A DNA stretch of 64,000 nt from a virus (lineage: Duplodnaviria > Caudoviricetes): IMG/VR virus record IMGVR_UViG_3300043414_000372, positions 128,001 to 192,000 of that record; one strand, given 5' to 3'. The notes under the pieces are model-generated. The model saw only the letters and a program-made list of their open reading frames with translations, was not told the DNA's origin and did not search any database. Of the stretch, positions 52,301 through 58,241 are shown piece by piece; the first letter of the stretch is position 1, and every line of letters begins with the position of its first letter. The translations under genes were made by a program, and so were the position numbers.

Positions 52301-54284
52301 CCTTATTTCCAACTTGGGTATATAGTGTAACTAAATCTGGATTATTATTATATGTAGCAGATGCATTTATAACATCAATATGAAACCAACGATTACTTCT
52401 TGACCACGGGTTTCTATTAATTGAATTTCTAGCAATAGTTATATAATCTGGATCTACTGGGATGTATAGGCTAGAATCATAGTTACCAATATCAAATGAA
52501 GTAGTGTCGTATGGAATATATTCTCCAGCAGAGAATAGTCCCGGTGACACTAGAGTAGTAACTGGAATTAATTCAATTGCCGTACCCACGCCCTCAACAT
52601 AGTATTCTACATTGTCATAACTTGCAGGGGTTATGTTACCTTGAAATAAAACTTTTAAGCCATTAGTGAACACAACACCGTTTGGTGCAGTATAAGTTGG
52701 TTTACCTAAAATATCAGTAACTACGTCAATATTATTTGTTAGATTATTATCAACAATATTTAAGATTCCCACTTTGTTGGGGCTTGTTCCATCTTGATAA
52801 TACAAAACATCTAAGATTGCACTATTATATGGGTATAATGTTATTACTCCGGTGTTGCTTCTATAAAAATTTCTGCTTCCCCATTGTGTACCAAATGAAG
52901 CAGTAATTTTTTCAGTTGCGGGTATATTTGACAGTCTAGTTAATTGTATAAAAGGATTATCAACACTTCCTAATAATGAGATTCTATAAAAAGTTCCTGA
53001 AACTGTAGTATAAAATCCTTCTTCATATAAACCTTCATTTATATTTCCGGTCATTGTACCACTTGCAGTAGTTAAAGTTAATAAAGGAATTCCCCCAGGC
53101 TCATTTGATGATCCAGGAATTTCTATAGTAAATTCAGTTGGACTAACGATTGAGGTTACTGTGTATATACAAGGTCCGCTTGTTGTTGAATACGCAGTTA
53201 ATCCACCAAATGCTGTTCCAGTAAAAGTTATTGTCTGTCCTTCAATTAAACTTGAAGTTGAGTCACATGTTACAGTATTGTTTACTGAACTAGTAGCAGT
53301 AGCCGTAATAGTTAATGGAGCAACTAAAACATTATTATTAGTATCATATTCAGTTTGACTAAAAAATGTCTGTACAAACCCAGTTTCTTCATAAACTCCG
53401 GTATTGTAAAACATCACGGTTAAACCATCCAATGCAGTTACGCCGTCTATACCACCAATTTCATTTACAAATGCACCGTTAACTTGATTAAAAGGTAGAG
53501 TAGAAACAACATCAACGGTATTATTACCAGGAAAATCAAAATCTGCTAATGCATTCTTTTCGGGTACAGTAAAGGTCACTACACCTTGTGACGCACCGTT
53601 GTTTTCAACCCCGTATACATCACGAGTTTGTACATTATGTTGTGTGCTACTGTAACCAGTTATACCCGGCTCACCCTGTATCCAAAATTGAGTAGCTTGG
53701 TTTACTGTAAATGTGTATGTGCCACCACGCAATAATGTTAATGATGGATTGATTGATGGTGTTGCATTAGTCTCGGACGAAATCAAATAATAAGTTGATT
53801 CATCTTGTATAATATAATTTGATGTATTGTATACAACATTAGCTGCAACCACTACCCGCTCTGGCCCTTCGGGCAACCAATAATATTGATTGAAATTAAT
53901 TATCGGGTCTAAATTAGTAAATGAGTCCCATGAGTAAAATTGACTATTGAACAACCTATTGTTGTCTCCGGTAACTCCACCTTCACTTTTTAAGGCGTCA
54001 ATAATTCCCGGATAGCTTATAAAATCTTTTGCGGTACTTTGATTTTCTTTTAAGAAAACAACACCCGGATCTAACTGGTAGTCTGTTCTTACTTTAGTTG
54101 GTTCAGTAACATAATAATCTTTGGCATTAACTCCATATCCAAACTTACTACCTATATAACCCTCAATCCTTTTAGTATTTGGTTGAGCAACTAACTGATC
54201 TAGAGTTGCCGCTAAAAACTGAGCGTTGGTTTCGGTTTTAAATATTTCTGGAAGAAAATTTAATGTTCTAATTCTTGTTGCCAT
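34326..54284 (-). CDS. Giant (6,652 aa) multidomain baseplate wedge/fibre protein
   Basis: Uninterrupted 19.96-kb ORF directly downstream of the gp6-like wedge. Contains repeated F.G..FGG....YYV modules, FG-GAP-like blades, Asp-box-like blades and a Thr/Asn/Ser-rich composition. Confidence 0.85.
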   Translation of the reverse strand: MATRIRTLNFLPEIFKTETNAQFLAATLDQLVAQPNTKRIEGYIGSKFGYGVNAKDYYVTEPTKVRTDYQLDPGVVFLKENQSTAKDFISYPGIIDALKSEGGVTGDNNRLFNSQFYSWDSFTNLDPIINFNQYYWLPEGPERVVVAANVVYNTSNYIIQDESTYYLISSETNATPSINPSLTLLRGGTYTFTVNQATQFWIQGEPGITGYSSTQHNVQTRDVYGVENNGASQGVVTFTVPEKNALADFDFPGNNTVDVVSTLPFNQVNGAFVNEIGGIDGVTALDGLTVMFYNTGVYEETGFVQTFFSQTEYDTNNNVLVAPLTITATATSSVNNTVTCDSTSSLIEGQTITFTGTAFGGLTAYSTTSGPCIYTVTSIVSPTEFTIEIPGSSNEPGGIPLLTLTTASGTMTGNINEGLYEEGFYTTVSGTFYRISLLGSVDNPFIQLTRLSNIPATEKITASFGTQWGSRNFYRSNTGVITLYPYNSAILDVLYYQDGTSPNKVGILNIVDNNLTNNIDVVTDILGKPTYTAPNGVVFTNGLKVLFQGNITPASYDNVEYYVEGVGTAIELIPVTTLVSPGLFSAGEYIPYDTTSFDIGNYDSSLYIPVDPDYITIARNSINRNPWSRSNRWFHIDVINASATYNNNPDLVTLYTQVGNKAKRPIIEFYPNIRLFDAGIVGKDPIDFIDTRTTDAFTDVAGQPNYYPDVAGWTTANATIAAVTGAITSKTATDTYALINQVALSNTIGLHVNDTISFGTSFGGITSGTTYSIASIVDNKITLNDSYGNLVPLSNAGPVSVSTSIYPYSTTITVPTTDLSGLFEVGQYISDSTLSLPGVTFITEITTLGTDTILTVSWYQETVIVPATSIAALVTADTPLSNYGLFDGSRIVFAADTNLEVRNKIYISRFSTIHPDSTPVITLTEADDGVVLANEQTAVYRGYNYIGKDFYFTGYVWIEGQQKTTLNQSPKFDVFDSNNISFGDPDVYVGTSFTGCTLFSYGLGVGANDAVLGFPVRYSSVNNIGDISFDVTLNSATFNYVKGTSSETQKVNTGYVYNYTLNNYYGLTEVRQLGWQTAVSPSAQYQIFEFDWNATIDQTEFICDIAPIVNPTTKWPLIQVYINNIYLPKDQWTFTVTDTTTTIYIPTVNAVETVIQVLILSDQVSTTAYYAPPINLTNNPLNQDLTSANIGDIRGQYQSIFFNNPNTTGEVFGPNNYRDLGNLVPWGNRIIQNSAGLPAVGTFLRNQSHDIFNSLLYNSRQYITFKALLVDTVNNSDYSRMLSPSEMLDLALDQINAPHTNDQPFFWSDMLPSKAPYITNTYSFANSLDVSIYPLSHIYNFATANYNGILVYLIRNGVQTQLVKGVDYTVSTDSPSLTITTDLLPNDQITIKEYNQTYGNYVPNTPTKLGVYPATIPNVTLDTAYNPETYFIVGHDGSFNKLYGSYNSSTNTLTDFRDQVLLEYETRVYNNLKLSETAPAGSYQGVVIPGFFRQTDYTYNEFLEIYSESFLNWVGQNRINYAIQFYNVGNQFSYNYRDSGIKLNNAPIEQGYFRGLYLYFYDTSTPNETPWEMLGLANKPTWWETRYGPAPYTSDNLILWGDLAAGLVWNDGNPYVKPNYVRKGLLDIIPVDSNGDLLSPFDSIVGNYDANLFKRDWMVGDVGPAEFSYRRSSTWPFDLMRILALTKPADFFNLGIDVDNYKYNTEFDQYLVGDRSHLVLSDVPIYGNGTPATSYINWIVDYEKQVGVDATTNITTLLNNLDVRLVYRLAGFSDKNLLKFYVEKSSANSNNSSLLIPDESYAVLLYENQPFDRIIYSGVVVQITENGYKIYGNSQTHAYFTVLVPKFGGSAETITVDNETVSLTSTFYNKTEEIPYGTEFYNIQQVSQFLINYGEYLKSQGMVYEQIENGIPINWQQMVAEFLYWAQTGWSIGSVTTINPAATFLSIDKESRIVQPLTLQQHNFVLNQNLYPIQNNDLSIVRDGTAFTLQPLNTGDAISYGQFNISNIEHGIVFDNTTLFNDTIYNLITGLRQNRIYVRGTKTAEWNGNIDAFGFILNQDNIVEWVKEIKYTAGSIVKYKNKYWTALTIIQAKEIFDERDWKQTSYNEIQKGLLPNSQTRSYESTLYYDINKANLENDADLLSFSLIGYRPRDYMALADLTDITQVNVYQNMIKTKGTPNAANAFKGANLPQGGIDYTIYENWAIKSGEFGGILNNNFIEFRLSQHDLTGNPSIVGLTNGNYTESGVQQEVTLNNVFNYGRPITSPEILPTISSLTPSTLYPTAGYVNFNDVKLASYYYSGLGTGQNSAGTYIPISEFYVRDYAWLASYLGTWQVYTPISLGPVINAKNNLNGTVTITFGQAHNLKRYQPFAIVNFNVAIDNYYLVSAIVDPFNVIINLTLNPQLTNVNGLGIGFKLQSQRVATAPEIENLPLLDNEFNKLKVWVDTNNDGGWAVFRKSLNYQYGKELLKAASQTFGSAVAYTTALGYLIGDSSAGKVYRYAYDNSTDSYLEKQTITEGTSFGSNITYIDDLFVVSEPTGTPTVHIYQLITTALLNTLLPYQTIPAPVGVTNWGSSTALSGDQNWLYISDTGHALVYVYRKSAVTDQYVNVGTLSVAGLTSADGFGYSISTDYYGDTVVVGAPQQDYDVNTQNYGYTYIFSRTVQNFETQTSSQAYVPLLFNLAWTPGNLSTTANTISSNAITLGSVVGLQDGVNGTPIVFTGSPYGGIAANTVYYVKQISGSTITLSLTRNGTVLTLTNSTGTMTATGQTSPLFLTVNGTTLADNLYAVVGSRLNVYSKATPTLNAGDIINVSGTNFVLTQTLTNEETPRVGVQFGTSTTTNRFANEILIGAPFELSSQNYEGAIHRYTNGGERYGTIIGTTACNITSPRTILLNGYAVTLPIGNATAAVNAINSNSITNVTASAVAGKLIISLVDVSLAVAGNKLSLSVLDSAALTEMGVTIYKQTQKIACPHLTGRTQFGTVVKFNSSGSFVASAPVGARYSATTFDFTDDELDNDTVFDNNATQWVDTFTNAGAVYMFDYLSTYNENINAPGKFVYAQSINAQDFDYGSQPHYGTALDFNDNVVTVGTPGFNPNTNPNDTNGQVVTYISNTSDPDWAVYRSSSDIVNIAGVFNVQLFSATTNNTLENLDYIDPLQGKLLGAVAENIDVVSNADPASYNSVGNQAGLVWGADKIGTLWFDTSSTRFMNYHQNDVSYNSQWWGRVFPGSNVVVYSWVASNVVPSQYTGPGVPYSDTNYTIRGVVNPEGLITPVYYFWARNTNIVFNKIGKTLADTTLEYYIGNPQGSGISYLTPLLPNVFGLYNCFSYINAKDTVLHIGYSTSTNDDATHNQYNLIRVNYPDDFLPGIPGSGAAYQNHASVGITEPIGLYNRMLDSMCGVDNAGGVVPDPLLPKAVQTGVLARPRQGFFYNRFGALKNYLQYANVVLSQFPIVELRNPELLDSKNPEIVDDNNNVIFAIGEKYNTKNYWSYINWWAIGYDNNTKSSLQVPIYADLSTLGVPAGTIVTVAANGAGNSETYIYNIDTVGNGTWVRIGLENGTIEFDSVLWDYPSARLGFGDNFFDTTPYDEYPSTETRYIVRALNEQIYTNELLIFRNKSLILLFEYIQSETIESQNYLEWLNKTSFIDVSHTIRELIPLEVYRSDNQLFLEGYLNEVKPYHVVIKEFIFKYTKTDIFEGDITDFDLPAQYNSTIDQFVTPELVYSNPSGDNQYLPTDPIWQTAPYSQWYNNYGVAITGQSGYKLALLDSYLTLNSASCYVDNINGFPVTGTILIGEEQIAYSAKNLATSQLVGLSRGVNNTKITVHFPNDTIRMDLPAVVVLNEGRGYTNPPTVTAYIDTTIYPKPRVPAQLEPIMSLDSVIGVNVINPGEGYVVLPKIKIDPAATISINSSRVNVLTNTIELPTLLLQTGDLVVYTIPTGSTKIDGLLIGQQYYVNVLELSPVPLFALYENYLNAINDHDRIPLITQGSGIQYFSQGAIATSVTSAIPIRENNISLRFDRTTYNTNVLTWQGDSYYGSFYAGTLSNSDKISSSSITLQNTQPPISSVLASAQGAAFEILDVQNEQSITWSSRTRNTVQTYGPTYPTTAYRNVIRINPNQGGAEVAGQIGSTIGFYIGMPIKFVGSTTGTSLVSSNSSSETIYYVKSLVQLPNLSNPSLFEDTGFTISATVNEGVPGAVYSPSTGSTSVTLSTTLTLYVGQETNLAIMTINYDGIRTSTNTTTATNTVTVQLTPTGQDGTTNFYTGLPIFFTGNVFGGIEENQTYYVTSVVDNQTFTMSTSTDPVTFAITETESINDSLTCETTVNLLSINEPIIFSGDVFGNIVAGKTYYVRELFPNNTSFSISESINGSAFPLSNDTGSCVLTSQSKVLQLTTATGSMTLNVGLPISPGQINGQEFTLYETSTQYNGVTGTVSNLLTRSISATLSTVNRICLLSSNTLDNIYENLEFTIDKQVGGLSTATPYTITSDFGTTSVNVSSTTSTGNWLIISTSTNPDSTNILYVGMPLYFSGTSLGGISLGKVYYVYAIDSSPPSGQGRFKISEDINLTYVFSLDNSNGSMTGAGDPYITIADSLLNSSQLASSITVAGPTVVTVSNGTAFPNGTAIKFTTTGTLPTPLTTELTYYVRNRSGNTFNVSYTPTSSLIKTTVAGTGTFNVIQTTVQLTQYVNPANHAEFDVSYILGGYSSIITDPGLGYTINNVITIDGASLGGVTGINDLYLTVSMIDGVIPEGDVSPPVSNGEITTAISSGTPAGATDQYYFKVISESQVGVYSNPNLTIAVSGQNFAFNGITSTAVTSVVDTGNVLNVTSSSSFSVNDPVVFTNVVSATAIRAGQTYQILTLGNTDFTLLGALTNTIGQVFVATTTGSGTGTAIASIYGGIIAGETYYVKTKPSSTSVTISETLGGLPFNITTDITGSMTMAKSGDYALLPEPFFFNPSIVKYNNRVYQCIISNNDTEFIFGKWELLDSGDFRLNALDRIEGYYHPTVNMPGMDMTQLVAGITYPNSTYLGNAFAPADEFTLDAIIQDQPFYVTGLNLKAIVWNGLNYIAGADTNTYSSFNVSVDGLVWTINNLANQPLGITDMLYAGGKYVITTNNNATPILISDNGYNWITNGTFTPYDSTQYDLINFDVSLLSISSLSLNSVAYHNGIYVAVGTNIVTSTDLYSWTERHAFTGVLSNVFNGVTYASTGGFTGFVAVGAGQRLVNGIVVNVAIIFTSTDGYVWSQVPFTSTVYGFNSIAANNQTITAVGNNGIIYTSFNCIDWFVQSSGTTNELNNIIWDDHNNIFVVVGKAGKILTSPTSGGTWTSRTSGTTQTLESVVYNNIDGKYIAVGLNNTILSSTNTITWTSIGTFETPNAFYTIQGDSFEYGYGPEELVPGVVSDTLTMVVSTRPGTNWDDTVYQHVGYNVVSTEIVPTSQNQTNYSFANLVINPAQLAVFVIHYDTGLSTSLYEGADYTVDWINNSVILNASINYFIPGTDILRIDVYEVGNGDQLVKTNSTANPIRINETTGFHEIYVNANYSASIYQGSGIMRPETSPIYINAIATSSTYNTITCDSVNDFVLNSPITFSGAVFGGIVEDQVYYVKSIGGVSNRITISETYNVSTGTAGETLELTTATGIMEVVIKVGTGAVWTTPAIYHNGTPLILGTTAPITRTKSITNTITTITTSSLIPNTPIVFSDTIFGGVLNSTTVYYIKTIYDSNEFSVSLTAGGDVLELTDATGGALFITNDYAIGLASNGISAAILLAADYNDTVDYLSYTLFGQTIPIQYGYTIPQVQTFSGDGSSASFALTNYVGEDNPYNSIVEIDGLRQNESSYTIDSNTNTIVFTPPPADGSTIAVTSYNLTDRQYFNTQYNITGSGTLSSITVTSTTNFLGTYDQDTPTVQTFDEDSPAIVLYDQVLNYLSTANTSTLQIDYPVTFNSPTLGGLVAGKTYFITAILNSTDFQISAQVGGSPVAVTTASGTMTGIINGLTVSNITNINNNISSPATSVTVGSTLATGYYVVCNDNTTLQSGQEIIFKAPVSPAGTLDTATGSNQYQIVSLGNTDWTAIGASADPYVGEKFTATGPGSGTGTALLVNLGGIDTTGKVYTIGTKNGSTDFTILDEFGIVTLINASGSLIGYMGGVPAIRVTTGIVNRLVEDQLVRIDGVVGSTQLNNNLYYVHVINSHEFDLYLQPYNPALNATNYPVTYTSSYVSGGYVWEDELFTVADTTAIATTSVGNRITVASTDSLINGTPIIFTEFNKPLGYDILGGILSKTTYYLLQVRPEIDAGKFISGNEYEITYLGTTDWNTIGYVGTPVVGGTFTASGLGTGTGLAKGLQEITITADRYPNELEVVLTDATVDSNITINVSQFEQFNVDRLWVTVNGARVPSSSLRLNPYNNLSILTTINTGDVVIVTSMMPTATPNEEVYVLNVGQTGSAAVYRANTQTRTWLVHELKYSDDMIYFNDISRITDTVVQDVTCPAEVDGKYNIGLTSNKNVICHMVVYNNTTSVEVSQANFKIIIVDTAPILQISAQVAENDSLTITSIEGRLVWMDNGELIGFGECDLANNTVSKLTRGAGGTGVQPYTPIYSEGYGLTPNNRMTDVLYASTWNPIPGVYNTTEGDPLQIADTDGANFLRGDTN

Positions 54285-54309
54285 CTTTAAAATTCTTTAT
54301 GTTATATAT

Positions 54310-54317
54310 TACTTATG
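54310..54317 (-). promoter_or_regulatory. Late-promoter-like CATAAGTA
   Basis: Overlaps the gp6-like stop, 25 bp upstream of the giant gene. Identical to 5542-5549. Confidence 0.45.
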
Positions 54318-57300
54318 CTATCTGTAATTCGGCTGGTGTAAGTGCAGCAATAACGATTACATCATTAGCAGTTGCTGCATTTGCAAATATCTCGTATGGT
54401 AAACATTTAATTTCATACAAATCACCAAATTTCATTGTTGGATCGTTTGGTACTAGTACACACGAACTAACATATTCACCAATTTGATTATGTATGTAGG
54501 CACTTAATTCACTAAAGTAAAATGTATCGCCAAAATTCCAATTATTAATACTAAAATAATTATTCATCTGTGTTAGCACTGCACTACGAATTTCACTATC
54601 ACTTGCATTAGTTGAAGAATTTTTAATAACTTTTATTGTACCTCGTAATGCTGCTGCTGCCTTAGCTCCAAACAATGGTTTGAAAACTACACTGTTTACA
54701 ATTACGCTATCGCTTAACATCTTGAAATCTTGCACTTGACTATATTCTGTTGTCAACTCACTGATAGTTGGGCGACTAGGAATTGGCACTGTATTAGTGG
54801 TGTCTTGTATCCAATTTTGATACTGAGTATAGTAGGCTTGTGTAACTACGTACAAATCAATAATATTAGTTGTTGCTGGATCAATACGTGTAGTATTGTT
54901 GCTGTTATGACGATATTGAAATTGTAGTCCTTGGCGTCCTGGCTTCATGCTATATTGAGGCTGCTCAACTAATGTAAAGTAGGGAGTTGTTATCATTGGA
55001 TCTTGCACAGTAATATAAAATTTGTTTTCAGAATATGCATAAAATAATTGCCCCACTGGATACTCATATTTTACAACTTCAATTTGCATTGGGGTGGCGC
55101 ATTGGTAATTTACCGATGATGAAGATATTAACTGTTCTCTAGTTAAATTAATTGCATCTTGAATCTGTTCAAAGAAAGTATATATACCAACATTAGTATT
55201 ACCGGTTACGTATCCTGTAACTTCATTAAAAAAATCAGGATTTTCTATTATTGTTCTGTTGTTAACATCAATGCTAGCAACCTCTACTTCAAAGTCATTT
55301 ATGTAACCATCACTTTCAACAGTTTGACCAATGATACTTGCTTTTACAGGTTGTGTTAATGGATAATTAGATCCAGGTTGAGTATTAGTAGCTAGCACGT
55401 TTACAAAATCTTGTAAAATTATTCCAGAGAACGGATCATAAACTAATTTACCTGCATCATAGGTAAATCTAGTATCTGCTACGCTACCAAAATAATATGC
55501 TAGTGAGCGGTAAGTTACCGTGTATCTATTGTATCCAACACTTTCAAAATTAACAAAATATGCAGAATTATTGTATGCTTCTACTGTCCATCTTTGTTGT
55601 GCAATTGTTAATGAATTATTAAACACTAATGAAAAGTTTTGTTGTAAATCTAATCTAACTGTGCATTCATTGACCACTGCTGCGGGCAAAGTATTATCAA
55701 ATGCCGGTATAACCACTATTAATTGTGCAGTTGATGGTACGTATCCATTTACTGTTATAGGACCGGTGCCATTTGCAAATTGACCTAATCCATTGTTATA
55801 TCCGTCACCTACTACATTTAACACAGTAGTCCACATGTAAGTTTTATTAGATGCGGTAGCGACACCGCTAATCAAACGATTATTAGCATCAAAATAATAG
55901 CCGGGAGGGGCGATGAATTTTAACAATGCTCCTTTTGTTATGTATTTTGTGTTATATGTTGAGTAAGTGCCAACTGGAATTGGAGTATCTGCTAAATTGA
56001 GAATATCATAAAAATACCCGGTTGAACTATTAGAATCAACGGTGCTTGATTGCCAATAGACTTCTGATTCATTTGGATCAGATACCGCCGTTCCTTGTTC
56101 AGTGATGACTGGACCGATGCCATATCGAGGATAGTTTTGAATGTAATATTGCAGAGATCGGTTATCTTCTAATATAGACGCCAAGGTACTATTTAAAAAT
56201 GTTGTGATATCACTTAAACTGTTTATGGTAAATAGTGTATTGCCTTCTGTGTTGTCTAACCAAACACCACCGTCATTAGCATAACTATTACTACTACTGT
56301 ATTTGCCAGTTGGATCAAGTAAATCTAAGTTTTTACTAACACCTACACTACTACGATTAATAGCTTTTGATTTGATAATAGAACTATACAATGTGTATGG
56401 GAAGTTATTGTAATCTTCTCCATTAACCATGCGATTTTGTGTATAGTAACGACTTGGGGCACGTTGTTTAATACTAGCAAGAGATTCACGTACCTGTGCA
56501 TTTGACACCGGTACTTGCAATGATAAACCAAATGTTAGTGTTTCTAGACGTCCAACTCTACTTACATAGCTAAAAGAAATTGATAGTCCTTGAATTTCAG
56601 TAGGTTGAATTGTATATGTCAATGCATTGCCTGCACGAACATATGCTCTAAAGTTACCTACTGGAATTTCACTAAATACACCATCACCAAAAATGTAAGT
56701 TACTTGGTCGTTGAATCTACTGTTAACTGAAAAGATTTTCTTAACACTGTTTTCAGTTTGTAGGTATGCGTCAGCATAAATGTTATCAACCTTCTGCCAT
56801 AACCCAAACGCTCCGTTTGTTTGACTAATTTGATACAACCAAGTATCAGTGTTATTGATACCTTGAATATCAATGTCAATAGCTTGATTAGCAATTTGTT
56901 GTTGTAATACAAAATCAAAATTAGTTAGTGATCCTTGTTTGAAGTAAAAGAAAAACCCTGTATTTGGACTACCATATCCCAATTTGTCATTGCGATATAA
57001 CATATTAAATCTGTTAGTAGGTGCAGGTGGAATTTCGTATACATAATCTTCACCCACAGTAGATACACTACACAATTCAAAATTCATATTCATTCCGGCA
57101 ACCGTTGAATTGAACGGTATAACCGGTAAGCTACCAGTTGGAATTTGTAAAGAATATTCGTCAGTTTTTACACCCAAAATTTGAGCAGTATTGCCTGGCA
57201 AACCAACACGTTGAGTATTAATTAGTGCAGCATTGATAATTGTGTTAAATTGTTCTAACCAATTTGGGTTAGCAGGGTCATTCCACAGTATAGGAATATT

Positions 57301-57714
57301 ACTTAAATTAAATCCATTTAAATCTGAAACGTTTTGAGTAGTCTGAATACTCGTAACTTTCAAGTAACCCTGAGATTCTAAATTACGCTTAGGGGTGTAA
57401 CTAACTAAGTTAGCTAATTTGATAACACTATCCCTACGTTCAGCAGTATCAATGAAATTTTCTCGGGAATTTAAATCGTTGCGGAAAGCAAGACCTTGTC
57501 CCATGAAAGCCATAACGTCAAGCAATGCAATAAATTCTGAACTTTCAATGTAGTCATTGAAGGTTTCAGGGTAGTATTGGCGCAAATAATCTATAAAACT
57601 TTTGCGTAAGGTCTCATAATCATAGCTTCTAAAGTCGGCTTGATTGAACGTTTGGTAAATGGCTTTCCAGTCATTTACCCCAAATAATGCTGATTGTCTT
57701 GAACTTGTAGCCAT
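54313..57714 (-). CDS. gp6: Baseplate wedge subunit, T4 gp6-like
   Basis: N-terminal DFRSYDYETLRKSFIDYL...FNDYIESSEFIALLD..AF...LAFR.DLN.RENFIDTAERR.SV..LA....Y.PKR and later ASIKQRAP.RYYTQNRMVNGEDY are typical of gp6/baseplate J-like proteins. Follows gp25. Confidence 0.85.
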   Translation of the reverse strand: MATSSRQSALFGVNDWKAIYQTFNQADFRSYDYETLRKSFIDYLRQYYPETFNDYIESSEFIALLDVMAFMGQGLAFRNDLNSRENFIDTAERRDSVIKLANLVSYTPKRNLESQGYLKVTSIQTTQNVSDLNGFNLSNIPILWNDPANPNWLEQFNTIINAALINTQRVGLPGNTAQILGVKTDEYSLQIPTGSLPVIPFNSTVAGMNMNFELCSVSTVGEDYVYEIPPAPTNRFNMLYRNDKLGYGSPNTGFFFYFKQGSLTNFDFVLQQQIANQAIDIDIQGINNTDTWLYQISQTNGAFGLWQKVDNIYADAYLQTENSVKKIFSVNSRFNDQVTYIFGDGVFSEIPVGNFRAYVRAGNALTYTIQPTEIQGLSISFSYVSRVGRLETLTFGLSLQVPVSNAQVRESLASIKQRAPSRYYTQNRMVNGEDYNNFPYTLYSSIIKSKAINRSSVGVSKNLDLLDPTGKYSSSNSYANDGGVWLDNTEGNTLFTINSLSDITTFLNSTLASILEDNRSLQYYIQNYPRYGIGPVITEQGTAVSDPNESEVYWQSSTVDSNSSTGYFYDILNLADTPIPVGTYSTYNTKYITKGALLKFIAPPGYYFDANNRLISGVATASNKTYMWTTVLNVVGDGYNNGLGQFANGTGPITVNGYVPSTAQLIVVIPAFDNTLPAAVVNECTVRLDLQQNFSLVFNNSLTIAQQRWTVEAYNNSAYFVNFESVGYNRYTVTYRSLAYYFGSVADTRFTYDAGKLVYDPFSGIILQDFVNVLATNTQPGSNYPLTQPVKASIIGQTVESDGYINDFEVEVASIDVNNRTIIENPDFFNEVTGYVTGNTNVGIYTFFEQIQDAINLTREQLISSSSVNYQCATPMQIEVVKYEYPVGQLFYAYSENKFYITVQDPMITTPYFTLVEQPQYSMKPGRQGLQFQYRHNSNNTTRIDPATTNIIDLYVVTQAYYTQYQNWIQDTTNTVPIPSRPTISELTTEYSQVQDFKMLSDSVIVNSVVFKPLFGAKAAAALRGTIKVIKNSSTNASDSEIRSAVLTQMNNYFSINNWNFGDTFYFSELSAYIHNQIGEYVSSCVLVPNDPTMKFGDLYEIKCLPYEIFANAATANDVIVIAALTPAELQIA

Positions 57715-57731
57715 AGTTATTCTCTTTTAAG

Positions 57732-57739
57732 TATTTATC
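57732..57739 (-). promoter_or_regulatory. Late-promoter-like GATAAATA
   Basis: In the 52-bp gap upstream of the gp6-like gene. Confidence 0.5.
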
Positions 57740-57766
57740 ATACCTGAGAACCTGGGTTTTTTAGCG

Positions 57767-58216
57767 TTATTGCAAAACTGCTTGATTTGTTGCACTGCTG
57801 AAGAAAACACTCAACAAATTTGCTTGATTAAACGGAGAAACTGCTAATTCAATTTCTAACAATATTCCGTTTTCTTGTGGATATGCCCGTACTAAATTTA
57901 TTATTAATCTAGGGTCTTGACTAGCTACCCTACGTATTTCATTTTCTAATTGAAATTGAACGTCTGCTGTATTTGGCTCAAACACAAAACTCCAAAGAGT
58001 AGTTCCGTAACTTGGTTGACCTACTTTTTGCCCTTGCGGGATATTTAATGCATTAATAAAATCACGCACAACCAACGGTGTGTCAGCTAATGAAAATTTG
58101 TTTCCAGTAATGACACCGGCAATGGTTGAACCAACCCCGCCCTGAGGAGCAGCAGGTAAATTAGTAGACTTGGGTTTATTTGCGTTTTGTGTACTGAATC
58201 CGATATATGATGGCAT
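57767..58216 (-). CDS. gp25: Baseplate protein, T4 gp25 / GPW_gp25 family
   Basis: 149 aa with INALNIPQGQKVGQPSYGTTLWSFVFEP...EIRRVASQDPRL, immediately before the wedge gene. Confidence 0.88.
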   Translation of the reverse strand: MPSYIGFSTQNANKPKSTNLPAAPQGGVGSTIAGVITGNKFSLADTPLVVRDFINALNIPQGQKVGQPSYGTTLWSFVFEPNTADVQFQLENEIRRVASQDPRLIINLVRAYPQENGILLEIELAVSPFNQANLLSVFFSSATNQAVLQ

Positions 58217-58232
58217 AATTTATCCTATACTA

Positions 58233-58240
58233 TATTTATA
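58233..58240 (-). promoter_or_regulatory. T4-type late promoter consensus TATAAATA
   Basis: Exact match in the 25-bp gap upstream of gp25. Confidence 0.6.
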
Positions 58241-58241
58241 G

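Noticed and set aside
57737-57766. Possible intrinsic terminator (cctgagaacctgggtttttt) between gp25 and gp6
   Set aside because: The stem is weak and the T-run is on the non-coding strand.
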